From the NCBI GenBank assembly GCA_002269645.1, contig NIVC01000112.1:206520-270519 (forward strand): DNA of 64,000 bases. Reading direction: 5' to 3'. A program made the position numbers and the translations under genes. Below are positions 13,437 through 27,465 of the stretch, in pieces. Each line of letters starts with the position of its first letter. The stretch's first letter is position 1. Source of the stretch: Macrostomum lignano (lineage: Eukaryota). The notes under the pieces are model-generated. The model saw only the letters and a list, made by a program, of their open reading frames with translations. It was not told the DNA's origin and made no database searches.

Positions 13437-16400
13437 CTACTCGAACTCGTTGACCAGCTTAAAGAACTCTATGGCGATGAAGCCAGTCGGGAGGCTGGGA
13501 GGTCCGAACAGCAGGCAGCTACCGGATCCCGGAATGACCAGAGCGAACAGGCAGGCAGGCTGCAGGCGGAAGCACTGCAGCAGGCAGTCAATGTGGGATC
13601 TGACGTGCAGGCCGGACCAATCATGGGCTACGAGCACGCTTGATGTAGCAGAGAAGCTGGGCTGCACATCGCTGGCGTAGAGAGAAGCGCCTTTGGCCAC
13701 TGAATTTGGATTGCAGTGTGTGCTCAATAATCAGTGAGATTGCAGTGTGCTCAATAATCAGTGAGATTGCAGTGTGTGCTCAATAATCAGTGAGATTGCA
13801 GTGTGCTCAATAATCAGTGAGATTGCAGTGTGCTCAATAATCAGTGAGATTGCAGTGTGCTCAATAATCAGTGAGATTGCAGTGTGCTCAATAATCAGTG
13901 AGATTGCAGTGTGCTCAATAATCAGTGAGATTGCAGTGTGCTCAATAATCAGTGAGATTGCAGTGTGCTCAATAATCAGTGAGATTGCAGTGTGTGCTCA
14001 ATAATCAGTGAGATTGCAGTGTGCTCAATAATCAGTGAGATTGCAGTGTGTGCTCAATAATCAGTGAGATTGCAGTGTGCTCAATAATCAGTGAGATTGC
14101 AGTGTGCTCAATAATCAGTGAGATTGCAGTGTGCTCAATAATCAGTGAGATTGCAGTGTGCTCAATAATCAGTGAGATTGCAGTGTGCTCAATAATCAGT
14201 GAGAGTGCAGTGTGTGCTCAGTAATCAGTGAGAGTGCAGTGTGTGCTCAATAATCAGTGAGAGTGCAGTGTGTGCTCAATAATCAGTGAGAGTGCAGTGT
14301 GTGCTCAATAATCAGTGAGAGTGCAGTGTGTGCTCAATAATCAGTGAGATTGCAGTGTGCTCAATAATCAGTGAGATTGCAGTGTGCTCAATAATCAGTG
14401 AGATTGCAGTGTGTGCTCAATAATCAGTGAGATTGCAGTGTGCTCAATAATCAGTGAGATTGCAGTGTGCTCAATAATCAGTGAGATTGCAGTGTGCTCA
14501 ATAATCAGTGAGATTGCAGTGTGCTCAATAATCAGTGAGATTGCAGTGTGCTCAATAATCAGTGAGATTGCAGTGTGTGCTCAATAATCAGTGAGATTGC
14601 AGTGTGCTCAATAATCAGTGAGATTGCAGTGTGTGCTCAATAATCAGTGAGATTGCAGTGTGCTCAATAATCAGTGAGATTGCAGTGTGCTCAATAATCA
14701 GTGAGATTGCAGTGTGCTCAATAATCAGTGAGATTGCAGTGTGCTCAATAATCAGTGAGATTGCAGTGTGCTCAATAATCAGTGAGATTGCAGTGTGCTC
14801 AATAATCAGTGAGATTGCAGTGTGCTCAATAATCAGTGAGATTGCAGTGTGCTCAATAATCAGTGAGATTGCAGTGTGTGCTCAATAATCAGTGAGATTG
14901 CAGTGTGCTCAATAATCAGTGAGATTGCAGTGTGTGCTCAATAATCAGTGAGATTGCAGTGTGCTCAATAATCAGTGAGATTGCAGTGTGCTCAATAATC
15001 AGTGAGAGTGCAGTGTGTGCTCAGTAATCAGTGAGAGTGCAGTGTGTGCTCAATAATCAGTGAGAGTGCAGTGTGTGCTCAATAATCAGTGAGAGTGCAG
15101 TGTGTGCTCAATAATCAGTGAGAGTGCAGTGTGTGCTCAATAATCAGTGTCATTGCAGTGTGCCCAGTAATTAATCATTCTTTACAAATATATTCAGGTG
15201 ACAAAACAAGCCAGAAGACGGTCTCACCAGCAAAGATGTCCATTTCATAGAAGTGAATGTACCTGAGATTCGCGTTAGCAACAGCGGTGACATTCATGTA
15301 CAAGGCGGGATACCTGCCCACAATGAGCCGCGTGCAGTTGATGCTCATTGGCCTCTCAGCGGCAGTTGGCACGTGTGTGTAGTAAAAGCAGGTGTCGAAG
15401 AGGTCTTTGTTGAATGCAGACCACACGGCTGGGTTGTTGGTCACTCCTGGATGGGGTGTGCGGCGTGAAACATGAAAAACACTCAGATCTGCGCTGCATG
15501 TAGCTTAGCTAGGCTTGGCATGGGAGGAGCGATCAGAGGGGCGAGTCAAAAACAGACTCATAGAAGCCCTCACACAGGGTTTCAATAGCGTAATTTTGTT
15601 GTTTATTGTTTTCGATTCTGATGTTGTGCTGTTGTGCTTTTGTTGTTGCTTTTGCTGTCGCTTTTGTTGTTGCTTTTGCTGTCGCTTTTGTTGTCGCTTT
15701 TGTTGTCGCTTTTGTTGTTGCTTTTGTTGTTGCTTTTGTTGTCGCTTTTGTTGTTGCTTTTGCTGTCGCTTTTGTTGTCGCTTTTGCTGTCGCTTTTGTT
15801 GTCGCTTTTGCTGTCGCTTTTGTTGTCGCTTTGTTGTTGCTTTTGTTGTCGCTTTTGTTGTCGCTTTGTTGTCGCTTTTGCTGTTGCTTTTTTTGTCGCT
15901 TTGTTGTCGCTTTTGTTATTGAATTTTTTGCAGATTTGTATTTACGCTTGTTTTGGTTTTCTTGTTACTTTTTTGTAGTTTTGTAGTTAATTTTGACGTT
16001 GTTTTGTTGTCGTTTTGTGTCGTTTTGTTGCTGCCTTTATTGTTATTGCTGTAAAGTGTAATCTCTGTATTTAATGAAAAAAGGGATTTTTTGCTTTCTC
16101 GTGTCTTTACTTTTCCCGTCACTATTTGTGCAACTGTGATGAAAAGCTGCTCACCGATTATTATCTTGGAGAATCTTTTTGACCATTCATCCGGTCGGTT
16201 CCAGACTCGAACACCGAAGATGGCGTACGGCAGGGACAGGTCCAGCATCACCCACGGCTTCGGGTCCCCAGGCCTGGTGTGAAACATTCCTCCAGCTGTG
16301 GCTCCGTCGTTCACTTTAATGGGGTTTGCTGATCTCCGATGCGTGGATGAGGCTTTAACCGGCCTGTTCTTGGGTACCTGTGTCAGCTCGAAGCCTGCGA

Positions 16401-18262
16401 AGTGAGTGACGGTTTTTAATTGGTTTGACGATCTATTATGATCTACCGTGATCTACTCTAGTCCAACCTGATCTACCGTGATCTATTGTAATCCAACATG
16501 AGCTACCGTGATCTACTGTAGTCCAACATGATCTACCGTGATCTACTGTAGTCCAACATGATCTACCGTGATCTACTGTACTGTAGTCCAACATGATCTA
16601 CCGTGATCTACTGTAGTCCAACATGATCTATCGTGATCTACTCTAGTCCAACATGATCTACCGTGATCTACTGTAGTCCAACATGATCTACCGTGATCTA
16701 CTGTAGTCCAACCTGATCTACCGTGATCTATTGTAATCCAACATGATCTATCGTGATCTACTCTAGTCCAACATGATCTACCGTGATCTACTGTAGTCCA
16801 ACCTGATCTACCGTGATCTATTGTAATCCAACATGAGCTACCGTGATCTACTGTAGTCCAACATGAGCTACCGTGATCTACTGTAGTCCAACCTGATCTA
16901 CCGTGATCTATTGTAATCCAACATGAGCTACCGTGATCTACTGTAGTCCAACATGAGCTACCGTGATCTACTCTAGTCCAACCTGATCTACCGTGATCTA
17001 TTGTAATCCAACATGAGCTACCGTGATCTACTGTAGTCCAACATGAGCTACCGTGATCTACTCTAGTCCAACATAATCTACCGTGATCTACTGTAGTCCA
17101 ACATGATCTACCGTGATCTACTACTGTAGTCCAACATGATCTACCGTGATCTACTGTAGTCCAACATGATCTACCGTGATCTACTGTAGTCCAACATGAT
17201 CTACCGTAATCTACTGTAGTCCAACATGATCTACCGTGATCTACTGTAGTCCAACATGATCTACCGTGATAGAATTTGATATAGCTACTGTGGTTTACCT
17301 TAATCTATCTTAAACTACTTTGATCCACCGTCATTTTCTGTGATCTGCTGTAATCTACCGTGATCTACCGTGATCTTCTGTGATCTACTGTTATCTACCG
17401 CGATTTTCTGTGATCTACCGCAATCTATCGTGATCTACTGTGATCTACCGCGATTTTCTGTGATCTATCGCAATCTACCGTGATCTACTTTGGCAGCATG
17501 CGGTTTTTAACTCGCACTGAAACGCCCACTCGAAGGGGGGGAATGGATGGAAACCTAACTTTTACTTTAATGGATGCTGGGAGCTTCACAACAAAGCATA
17601 AAGCAAAAAGCTTTTCAAAACAGCGATTGCAGGAAATTGGAAGAGATTTGGTTGGCAACCATTAGCGATGCATTTTGCCTTCGCTTCCTGCCGTTTATAT
17701 TTGCAGATGCTGACTCCGCAGCAACTCCTGCCCACCTCGCTACCCACTATTTTCATCTAAGTCACCTAAAATCACATTCAAATCCGGGATGCCTTACCGC
17801 AATCCGACATCGGTGCCAAACATGACAACCCCCAAGATACTCTACCCCTACCTTCCTACCTACCTACCTACCTTCCTACCTACCTACCTACCTACCTCCA
17901 ACCTACCTACCTACCTACCTAACCACCTACCTACCTACCTACCTACCTACCTACCTACATTCCTACCTACCTACCTATTTACCTACCTATTACCTACCTA
18001 TTTACCTACCTCCAACCTACCTACCTACCTACCTACCTATCCATATACCTACGTTCCTATCTACCTACCTACCTATGTATCTACCTACCTACCTACCTAC
18101 CTACCTACCTACCTATCTACCTACCTATGTATCTACCTACCAGCCTTTTCGCAGAGGCCAAAGCAACAAAGACAGAGTCTTGTACTCACCAGTCACAGCC
18201 GCAAAGCAAATTTGCCCGACCAACAGTCCGTAAAAAAGTTGGTGGCCGAACTTCATTTTCAT
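13437..18262 (-). CDS. Secreted F-type lectin (fucolectin/FTP domain) with C-terminal PAN/apple-like module
   Basis: Phase-consistent model: 18262-18190 (MKMKFGHQLFYGLLVGQICFAAVT, signal-peptide-like, donor gtgagt), 17839-17798, optional 17554-17489, 16394-16155, 15446-15228, 13699-13437. FTP signature NDG...FHT...PWVMLDL....FGVRVWNRPDEWSKR...C...GRY...HFYEMDIF. Last exon has a PAN-type Cys pattern (HIDCLLQCFRLQPACLFALVIPGSGSCLLF). The two FTP exons are solid; the 5' exons are less certain. Confidence 0.75.
13712..15165. repeat. 27/29-bp minisatellite in lectin intron
   Basis: GCAGTGTG(TG)CTCAATAATCAGTGAGATT. Confidence 0.93.
15630..16030. repeat. ~12-bp T-rich repeat in lectin intron
   Basis: TTTTGTTGTCGC variants. 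Confidence 0.85.
16430..17488. repeat. 30-bp minisatellite in lectin intron
   Basis: ATGATCTACCGTGATCTACTGTAGTCCAAC, degrading at the right end. Confidence 0.9.
17845..18142. repeat. (CCTA)n microsatellite
   Basis: Imperfect CCTA tetramer run. Confidence 0.9.
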
Positions 18263-18481
18263 TTCCTTTAGAAAAGTTTCTACGTCGTAAAGGAATTCGG
18301 ATCCGATGGTAAAGCTGTTGCAGCTGTTTAATGTGACCTGCTTTTAAATTTCCTGAAACTGCAGTATCTGACTCTTCTCTATCCAATGCCCACATTCTCA
18401 TTGGATCGGCATTGCAAACTCTCAATGCCTTCATTTCTGCTCTGGCAGTAGCTACCTCTGTGTTGGTCTAGAGCAAACAAA

Positions 18482-19654
18482 ATCCCGATCCCAGATCCCG
18501 ATCCCAGATCCCGATCCCAGATCCCGATCCCAGATCCCGATCCCAGATCCCGATCCCAGATCCCGATCCCAGATCCCGATCCCAGATCCCGATCCCAGAT
18601 CCCGATCCCAGATCCCGATCCCAGATCCCGATCCCAGATCCCGATCCCAGATCCCGATCCCAGATCCCGATCCCAGATCCCGATCCCAGATCCCGATCCC
18701 AGATCCCGATCCCAGATCCCGATCCCAGATCCCGATCCCAGATCCCGATCCCAGATCCCGATCCCAGATCCCGATCCCAGATCCCGATCCCAGATCCCGA
18801 TCCCAGATCCCGATCCCAGATCCCGATCCCAGATCCCGATCCCAGATCCCGATCCCAGATCCCGATCCCAGATCCCGATCCCAGATCCCGATCCCAGATC
18901 CCGATCCCAGATCCCGATCCCAGATCCCGATCCCAGATCCCGATCCCAGATCCCGATCCCAGATCCCGATCCCAGATCCCGATCCCAGATCCCGATCCCA
19001 GATCCCGATCCCAGATCCCGATCCCAGATCCCGATCCCAGATCCCGATCCCAGATCCCGATCCCAGATCCCGATCCCAGATCCCGATCCCAGATCCCGAT
19101 CCCAGATCCCGATCCCAGATCCCGATCCCAGATCCCGATCCCAGATCCCGATCCCAGATCCCGATCCCAGATCCCGATCCCAGATCCCGATCCCAGATCC
19201 CGATCCCAGATCCCGATCCCAGATCCCGATCCCAGATCCCGATCCCAGATCCCGATCCCAGATCCCGATCCCAGATCCCGATCCCAGATCCCGATCCCAG
19301 ATCCCGATCCCAGATCCCGATCCCAGATCCCGATCCCAGATCCCGATCCCAGATCCCGATCCCAGATCCCGATCCCAGATCCCGATCCCAGATCCCGATC
19401 CCAGATCCCGATCCCAGATCCCGATCCCAGATCCCGATCCCAGATCCCGATCCCAGATCCCGATCCCAGATCCCGATCCCAGATCCCGATCCCAGATCCC
19501 GATCCCAGATCCCGATCCCAGATCCCGATCCCAGATCCCGATCCCAGATCCCGATCCCAGATCCCGATCCCAGATCCCGATCCCAGATCCCGATCCCAGA
19601 TCCCGATCCCAGATCCCGATCCCAGATCCCGATCCCAGATCCCGATCCCAGATC
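18482..19654. repeat. Perfect 13-bp tandem array (~90 copies)
   Basis: GATCCCAGATCCC with no visible variant units. Confidence 0.95.
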
Positions 19655-20364
19655 AAGACCAAAAGTACAATCTCTCCTATTTAGCAATGTAATAGTACAT
19701 GTAGCTACCCCATAGGCTCGCCACCGCAATGATCTCCTGCACAATTCCCTTATGTACCTGCATGGCCAATGCGATCAACTCAATTATCATCTGCTATGAC
19801 TTCGAGATTGACAGCAAAAAGACACTAGTTGACAGGTAAGTGCTAAGCCCCCTCTAGTCGGAAGCCCGATTTCGAAAGTTCCGGTTTGGTGAGCCAGGAC
19901 GCACGGGCTGGTGGCAGCGGGTTAGTTAATCTGCGGATTAGCTATTCTCTACCTTCAAAAATTATCCCTGCTTGTCTCTCGCTGTCCCTCTCTTAGCTAT
20001 AGGACCTAGACTGCTCGCCACAAGATCAAGCTACCATGGGGCTGACCATCTGACAGGAGTGGGGGGCCAGGACTCTAATTGATTCATTTAATTAGGAAAT
20101 TTATCTGTAAAATCCAAAAAAGTAATCACAGACCCACTGTTCTCCATGTTGTTTATTAAAAAAACAGCACACACAATGAGCATTATACGCTCGTTTGTGC
20201 ATGATACTAATAAAAGTAGGTTCATAAAGCTATGCCTGTAAAAATCTTCCTATTCACAGATCACAGATCTGCGTCAGTTCATCATTCAAAAAAGACCCTC
20301 TTCAGTGTTCAGACAAAAGTAAAAAATACATGCATTTTATTGACGTGCTCCAAAGTACATGACA

Positions 20365-21105
20365 TAGGTGTGTCACAGTACATGATTGATGTCACAGTGA
20401 ATGATTGATGTCACAGTACATGATTGATGTCACAGTACATGACTGCTGTCAAAGTACATGACTGCTGTCACAGTACATGACTGCTGTCAAATTACATGAT
20501 TGATGTCACAGTATATGATTGATGTCACAGTATATGATTGATGTCACAGTACATGATTGATGTCATAGTACATGATTTATGTCACATGACTGATGTCATA
20601 GTACATGATTGATGTCACAGTACATTATTGATGTCACAGTACATGATTGATGTCACAGTACATGACTGCTGTCAAAGTACATGACTGCTGTCACAGTACA
20701 TGATTGATGCCAAAGTACATGATTGATGTCATAGTACATGATTTATGTCACATGAATGATGTCATAGTACATGACTGATGTCACAGTACATGATTGATGC
20801 CACAGTACATGATTGATGTCATAGTACATGATTTATGTCACATGAATGATGTCATAGTACATGACTGATGTCACAGTACATGATTGATGCCACAGTACAT
20901 GACTGATGTCACAGTACATGATTGATGCCACAGTACATGATTGATGTCATAGTACATGATTTATGTCACATGAATGATGTCATAGTACATGACTGATGTC
21001 ACAGTACATGATTGATGCCACAGTACATGATTGATGTCACAGTATGATTGATGTCACAGTACAAGATTGATGTCACAACACATGATTGATGCCGCAGTAC
21101 ATGAA
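20365..21105. repeat. 19-bp minisatellite
   Basis: GTCACAGTACATGATTGAT variants. Confidence 0.9.
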
Positions 21106-21116
21106 TAATGTCCCAC

Positions 21117-23068
<1,952 letters not shown>

Positions 23069-23125
23069 CTAAATCACTGAACTCGGACCTGCTGCTTCTG
23101 ATATAGCCGGTTCAAGTGTGAATCG

Positions 23126-23470
23126 AACTGCCAGTCTAACTGCCAATCTAATTAAGTACCATTCTATCTGCAAGTCCAATTAACTGCCAGTCTAACTGCC
23201 AATCTAATTAAGTACCATTCTATCTGCAAGTCCAATTAACTGCCAGTCTAACTGCCAATCTAATTAAGTACCATTCTATCTGCAAGTCCAATTAACTGCC
23301 AGTCTAACTGCCAATCTAATTAAGTACCATTCTATCTGCAAGTCCAATTAACTGCCAATCTAACTGCCAATCCAATTGCTAATCTAATCAACTACCAAAC
23401 TAACTGCCAATCTAACTACCAACCTACTCTGCAACTATCAATCTAGCTACCAATCTAACTTCCAATCAGC
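23126..23470. repeat. 56-bp tandem repeat (~4 copies, then degenerate)
   Basis: AACTGCCAGTCTAACTGCCAATCTAATTAAG... recurs at 23126 and 23182 onward. Confidence 0.85.
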
Positions 23471-24061
23471 ATATAATTACCGATCTCACTGCCTTAAGTA
23501 GCAAACAAAAGTAACAGAATACGAAGCAAATAACTGAGTTCAAAACTTACAATTTTAGTCAGGAATTTCTCGGTCAGCCAGTTGTGCTTCAATTTCAATA
23601 CGGGCAGAATTTTGTAATCAAATCCGTCGACAATTTGTTTTATCGAATCCAAGCCGCGCAACCATTGGCTGAAGGCGATCAGCAGCTAATCCTCGGATTA
23701 GTGGCAAAAATTCCTCAGAATTCTGCCTGGTCAAATGCAGGGAACGCCTACTAGGAATCGATTTATGAATTTTCCAAAAATCGCTCAAAATCATTTCCGG
23801 TGCCGGAGATGGCGCTGAAGGCTGAAATTTAGGATTTCGCTGTTTCGAAATCATTTTTATCCCGCGCAAGCCGCCCAGTTCAAACTTCAATGTTGGTATA
23901 AAGTCGCCCGTTCGGTCTGTCAGGTCTTTCTTAGGGCTTATGCATTAATTGTTAAAAATGAACCCACCTTGCGTATTGAGCGCGTTAATTGTGGTCTATC
24001 TGGAAAATTGAGGACAAGTATTGTCTTCGCTGCCATTTTTGAGTTCGTCTTTCTACGATCT

Positions 24062-24144
24062 GTACGTCTGTCTATATGCAAGTCTGTCTGTCTGTCTGTC
24101 TGTCTTTCTGTCTGTCTGTCTGTCTGTCTTTATATCTTTCTGAC

Positions 24145-24183
<39 letters not shown>

Positions 24184-24345
24184 GTCTGTCTGTCTGTCTG
24201 TCTTTCTACTGTCTGTCTTTCTGTCTGTCTGTCTGTCTATCTGTCTGACTTTCTACTGTCTGTCTTTCTGTCTGTCTGCCTGTCATGACAGAAATGTCAC
24301 AGAACGTCACAGGTCTACCTGCCTGTCTGTCCGTCTGTGTTCGTG
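24062..24345. repeat. (TCTG)n microsatellite
   Basis: Imperfect TCTG run. Confidence 0.9.
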
Positions 24346-24644
24346 TACTTTTATTTTTTAATTTCCATCAGAGTGAACATGGCGCAGTCCCCAGAGACGT
24401 CAGGCTCGAAATCCTTGGTGTTTGTCTCGCACGTAGAGGGGACTCAAAGCATACAGCCAGAGCCGAGTAAGTTCAATCAAGTCTCTCCTTCAACAGTTAT
24501 TAAAACTTCTTGATTAAGTTTTGCACCAGTCACGATACCTATGGCGCATTTTAACTCACGTGATTCGACTTGTACAGAACAGCTGCTTGAAATATTGATC
24601 GTCTGCCTGACCAATTAGTGCCGCTAATTTCCCAGATCGCATTA

Positions 24645-25020
24645 CCTTACTCCCCTCAATGTACATGTGTATAGGGTAGGGCCCAACCTCACTCCCCTCA
24701 ATGTACATGTGTATAGGGTAGGGCCCAACCTCACTCCCCTCAATGTACATGTGTATAGGGTAGGGCCCAACCTCACTCCCCTCAATGTACATGTGTATAG
24801 GGTAGGGCAAAAACCTCACTCCCCTCAATGTACATGTGTATAAGGTAGGGCCCAACCTCACTTCCCTCAATGTACATGTGTATAGGGTAGGGCCCAACCT
24901 CACTCCCCTCAATGTACATGTGTATAGGGTATGGCCCAACCTCACTCCCCTCAATGTACATGTGTATAGGGTAGGGCCCAACCTCACTCCCCTCTATGTA
25001 CATATGTATAGGGTAGGGCC
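24645..25020. repeat. 42-bp minisatellite
   Basis: CCTCACTCCCCTCAATGTACATGTGTATAGGGTAGGGCCCAA. Confidence 0.9.
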
Positions 25021-25751
25021 AGCCCCATTACTCTCAATGTTATTACAAGGAGCACTGGAATGTTTGGCAGTTCCTTTAGTTCAATAGTCCTTGGTTTTGC
25101 CATAGACAAAGTAGAAAAGGCACTACAGAGACAGGAACAGCTGGAATCTCTAGCAGTGCAGCTTGGATAAAACACATACATGTACATTTAATTTAGAATT
25201 TGACAGTCCAGATGTTGAACCATTAGGAATTTAAAGCTAAAAAAATAATTCCAAAACGAAAACGGTCTTCTGCTTGAGTTGCCAACGCTTCAAGTGGACC
25301 CAGCAACGTTGATTGAAGGTGCAGTTAAAATGTATAATAATTTTGCATAAAATTCCTGTATTATAAAACATCATCAGGTATCGTAAGTTGAAAATTTGCA
25401 GGTAATAAAAACACAAAAAACTCAAGCCATGCAATCGGGAGAGATGACTAGTAGATAAAACTATAAACTTGCGTGACCACAAAAATGCTCGCATATACGA
25501 GTGATACTACTAAATCGAGACTCGCGAGTAGAAACAAACGAATATGCTAGTGGTTGTAAACTGCCGTTACTAAAATAATAATTAGGATTTCTAAAACAAG
25601 AAACAAAATTTGTTTTGAAGACGAATTCAAAGGAAAACGACCTTAATATTGAACTGTTGAGTGTAAAAACATTATACAAAGAGTAATGAACTACAACTGT
25701 AAATTTTGCTATTTGTGACAACGTATGCAAAACGCAATACAACAAATACTA

Positions 25752-26265
25752 GTTTATGGGGCACGGGTGTACATTGGGGCAGAAGTTTATCGGGCACGGG
25801 TGTACATTGGGGACAGAAGTTTATCGGGCACGGGTGTACATTGGGGACAGAAGTTTATGGGGCACAGGTGTACATTGGGGGCAGAAGTTTATCGGGCACA
25901 GGTGTATATTGGGGGCAGAAGTTTATCGGGCACAGGTGTACATTGGGGGCAGAAGTTTATCGGGCACAGGTGTATATTGGGGGCAGAAGTTTATGAGGCA
26001 CAGGTGTACATTGGGGACAGAAGTTTATCGGGCACAGGTGTACATTGGGGGCAGAAGTTTATCGGGCACAGGTGTATATTGGGGGCAGAAGTTTATGAGG
26101 CACAGGTGTACATTGGGGGCAGAAGTTTATGGGGCACAGGTGTACATTAGGGGCAGAAGTTTATGGGGCACAGGTGTACATTGGGGGCAGAAGTTTATGG
26201 GGCACAGGTGTACATTGGGGGCAGAAGTTTATGGGGCACAGGTGTACATTGGGGGCAGAAGTTTG
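25752..26265. repeat. 33-bp minisatellite
   Basis: GGGCACAGGTGTACATTGGGGGCAGAAGTTTAT. Confidence 0.9.
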
Positions 26266-26699
26266 GAGAACTTTTGAATACCGTAAGGTAAAAGTTAGCG
26301 GCAGTTGATCAGAAAACCAACTCCATGAAGCGGCAATCGCAATCGTAACTCGTAACTCACAGGGGTGAGAAAATTGAAAAACAAAAAACGCAGATATTGA
26401 AACTATTGTGTGAAAACAAAAAATATAAAACGGCATTCTGTGACTAGATAAACAGAACAGCGGGCAGCTAAAATACTGATAAACAGTCAGGTGTTTTAAA
26501 AACATGAAAAAGCATATTCAAGGATTCAAAAGTAAATACTGCACACATCGGTAATAAAATGGTAAGAAAATAAAGACATAATTAGCGTTAATAAAAATAT
26601 TTCATTTTTACAAAAACTTTTCTTCTTATAACAAATACTGAGGCAGGTCCACAGTTGAACACCCGGGAAGACATTAATAATCTGAAAAGTGATATAGAT

Positions 26700-27395
26700 A
26701 TGCGATTTCTAAGAATCTGACTAGTTAAATTGCAGTTTCTTAGAATATAACCTAATAAATGGGCGATTTCTTAGAATCCGACTAAATTAATGTCAGTTTT
26801 TTAGAATCTGACCAAGTTAATGTCAGTTTCTTAGAATCCGACCAAATTAATGTCAGTTTCTTAGAATCTGACCAAAGTAATGTCAGTTTGTTAGAACCCG
26901 ACCAAATTAATGTCAGTTTCTTAGAATTTGTCTAAATGAATGTCGGTTTCTTAGAATCTGACTATACAAATGTTGGTTTTTATAGAATCTGACCAAATTA
27001 ATGTCAGTTTCTTAGAATCCGACCAAATTAATGTCAGTTTCTTAGAATCCGACCAAATTAATGTCAGTTTCTTAATTTTTAGAATCTGACCAAATTAATG
27101 TCAGTTTCTTAGAATCTGACCAAATTAAAGTCAGTTTCTTAGAATCTGACCAAATTAATGTCAGTTTCTTAGAATCTGACCAACTTAATGTCAGTTTCTT
27201 AGAATCTGACCAAATTAATGTCAGTTTCCTAGAATCTGACCAAATTAATGTCAGTTTCTTAGAATCTGACCAAATTAATGTCAGTTTCTTAGAATCTGAC
27301 CAATTAATGTCAGTTTCTTAGAATCTGACTATACAAATGTCAGTTTCTTAGAATCTGACCTAATGAATATCAATTTCTTTGAATCCGACTGGATA
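26700..27395. repeat. 30-bp minisatellite downstream of EFHD2
   Basis: TTAGAATCTGACCAAATTAATGTCAGTTTC. Confidence 0.9.
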
Positions 27396-27465
27396 ATTAT
27401 CAGTTAAGAATTTGGAATTATCCAAGTCAATAAAGGCAATTAAAGCTCACAGCTCACCCCTCGCG

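Noticed and set aside
12334-13680. 448-aa His/Pro/Thr-rich ORF, and the + strand LLSELELLEL... frame at 13419-13643
   Set aside because: The first is a 17-bp satellite translation. The second is best explained as the antisense shadow of the PAN-like exon, although it does have a plausible acceptor.
10765-17488. Regular 27-30 bp repeats superficially like CRISPR arrays
   Set aside because: Head-to-tail tandem units without unique spacers, no cas genes, eukaryotic context.
18379-19744. 427/430-aa ORFs of WDRDLGSGSGIGI repeats
   Set aside because: Translations of a stop-free 13-bp array; all frames give the same peptide.
18272-20010. Possible + strand exons (18272-18308, 18365-18470, ~19715-19835)
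   Set aside because: No consistent phase chain or recognisable product; the strand is ambiguous.
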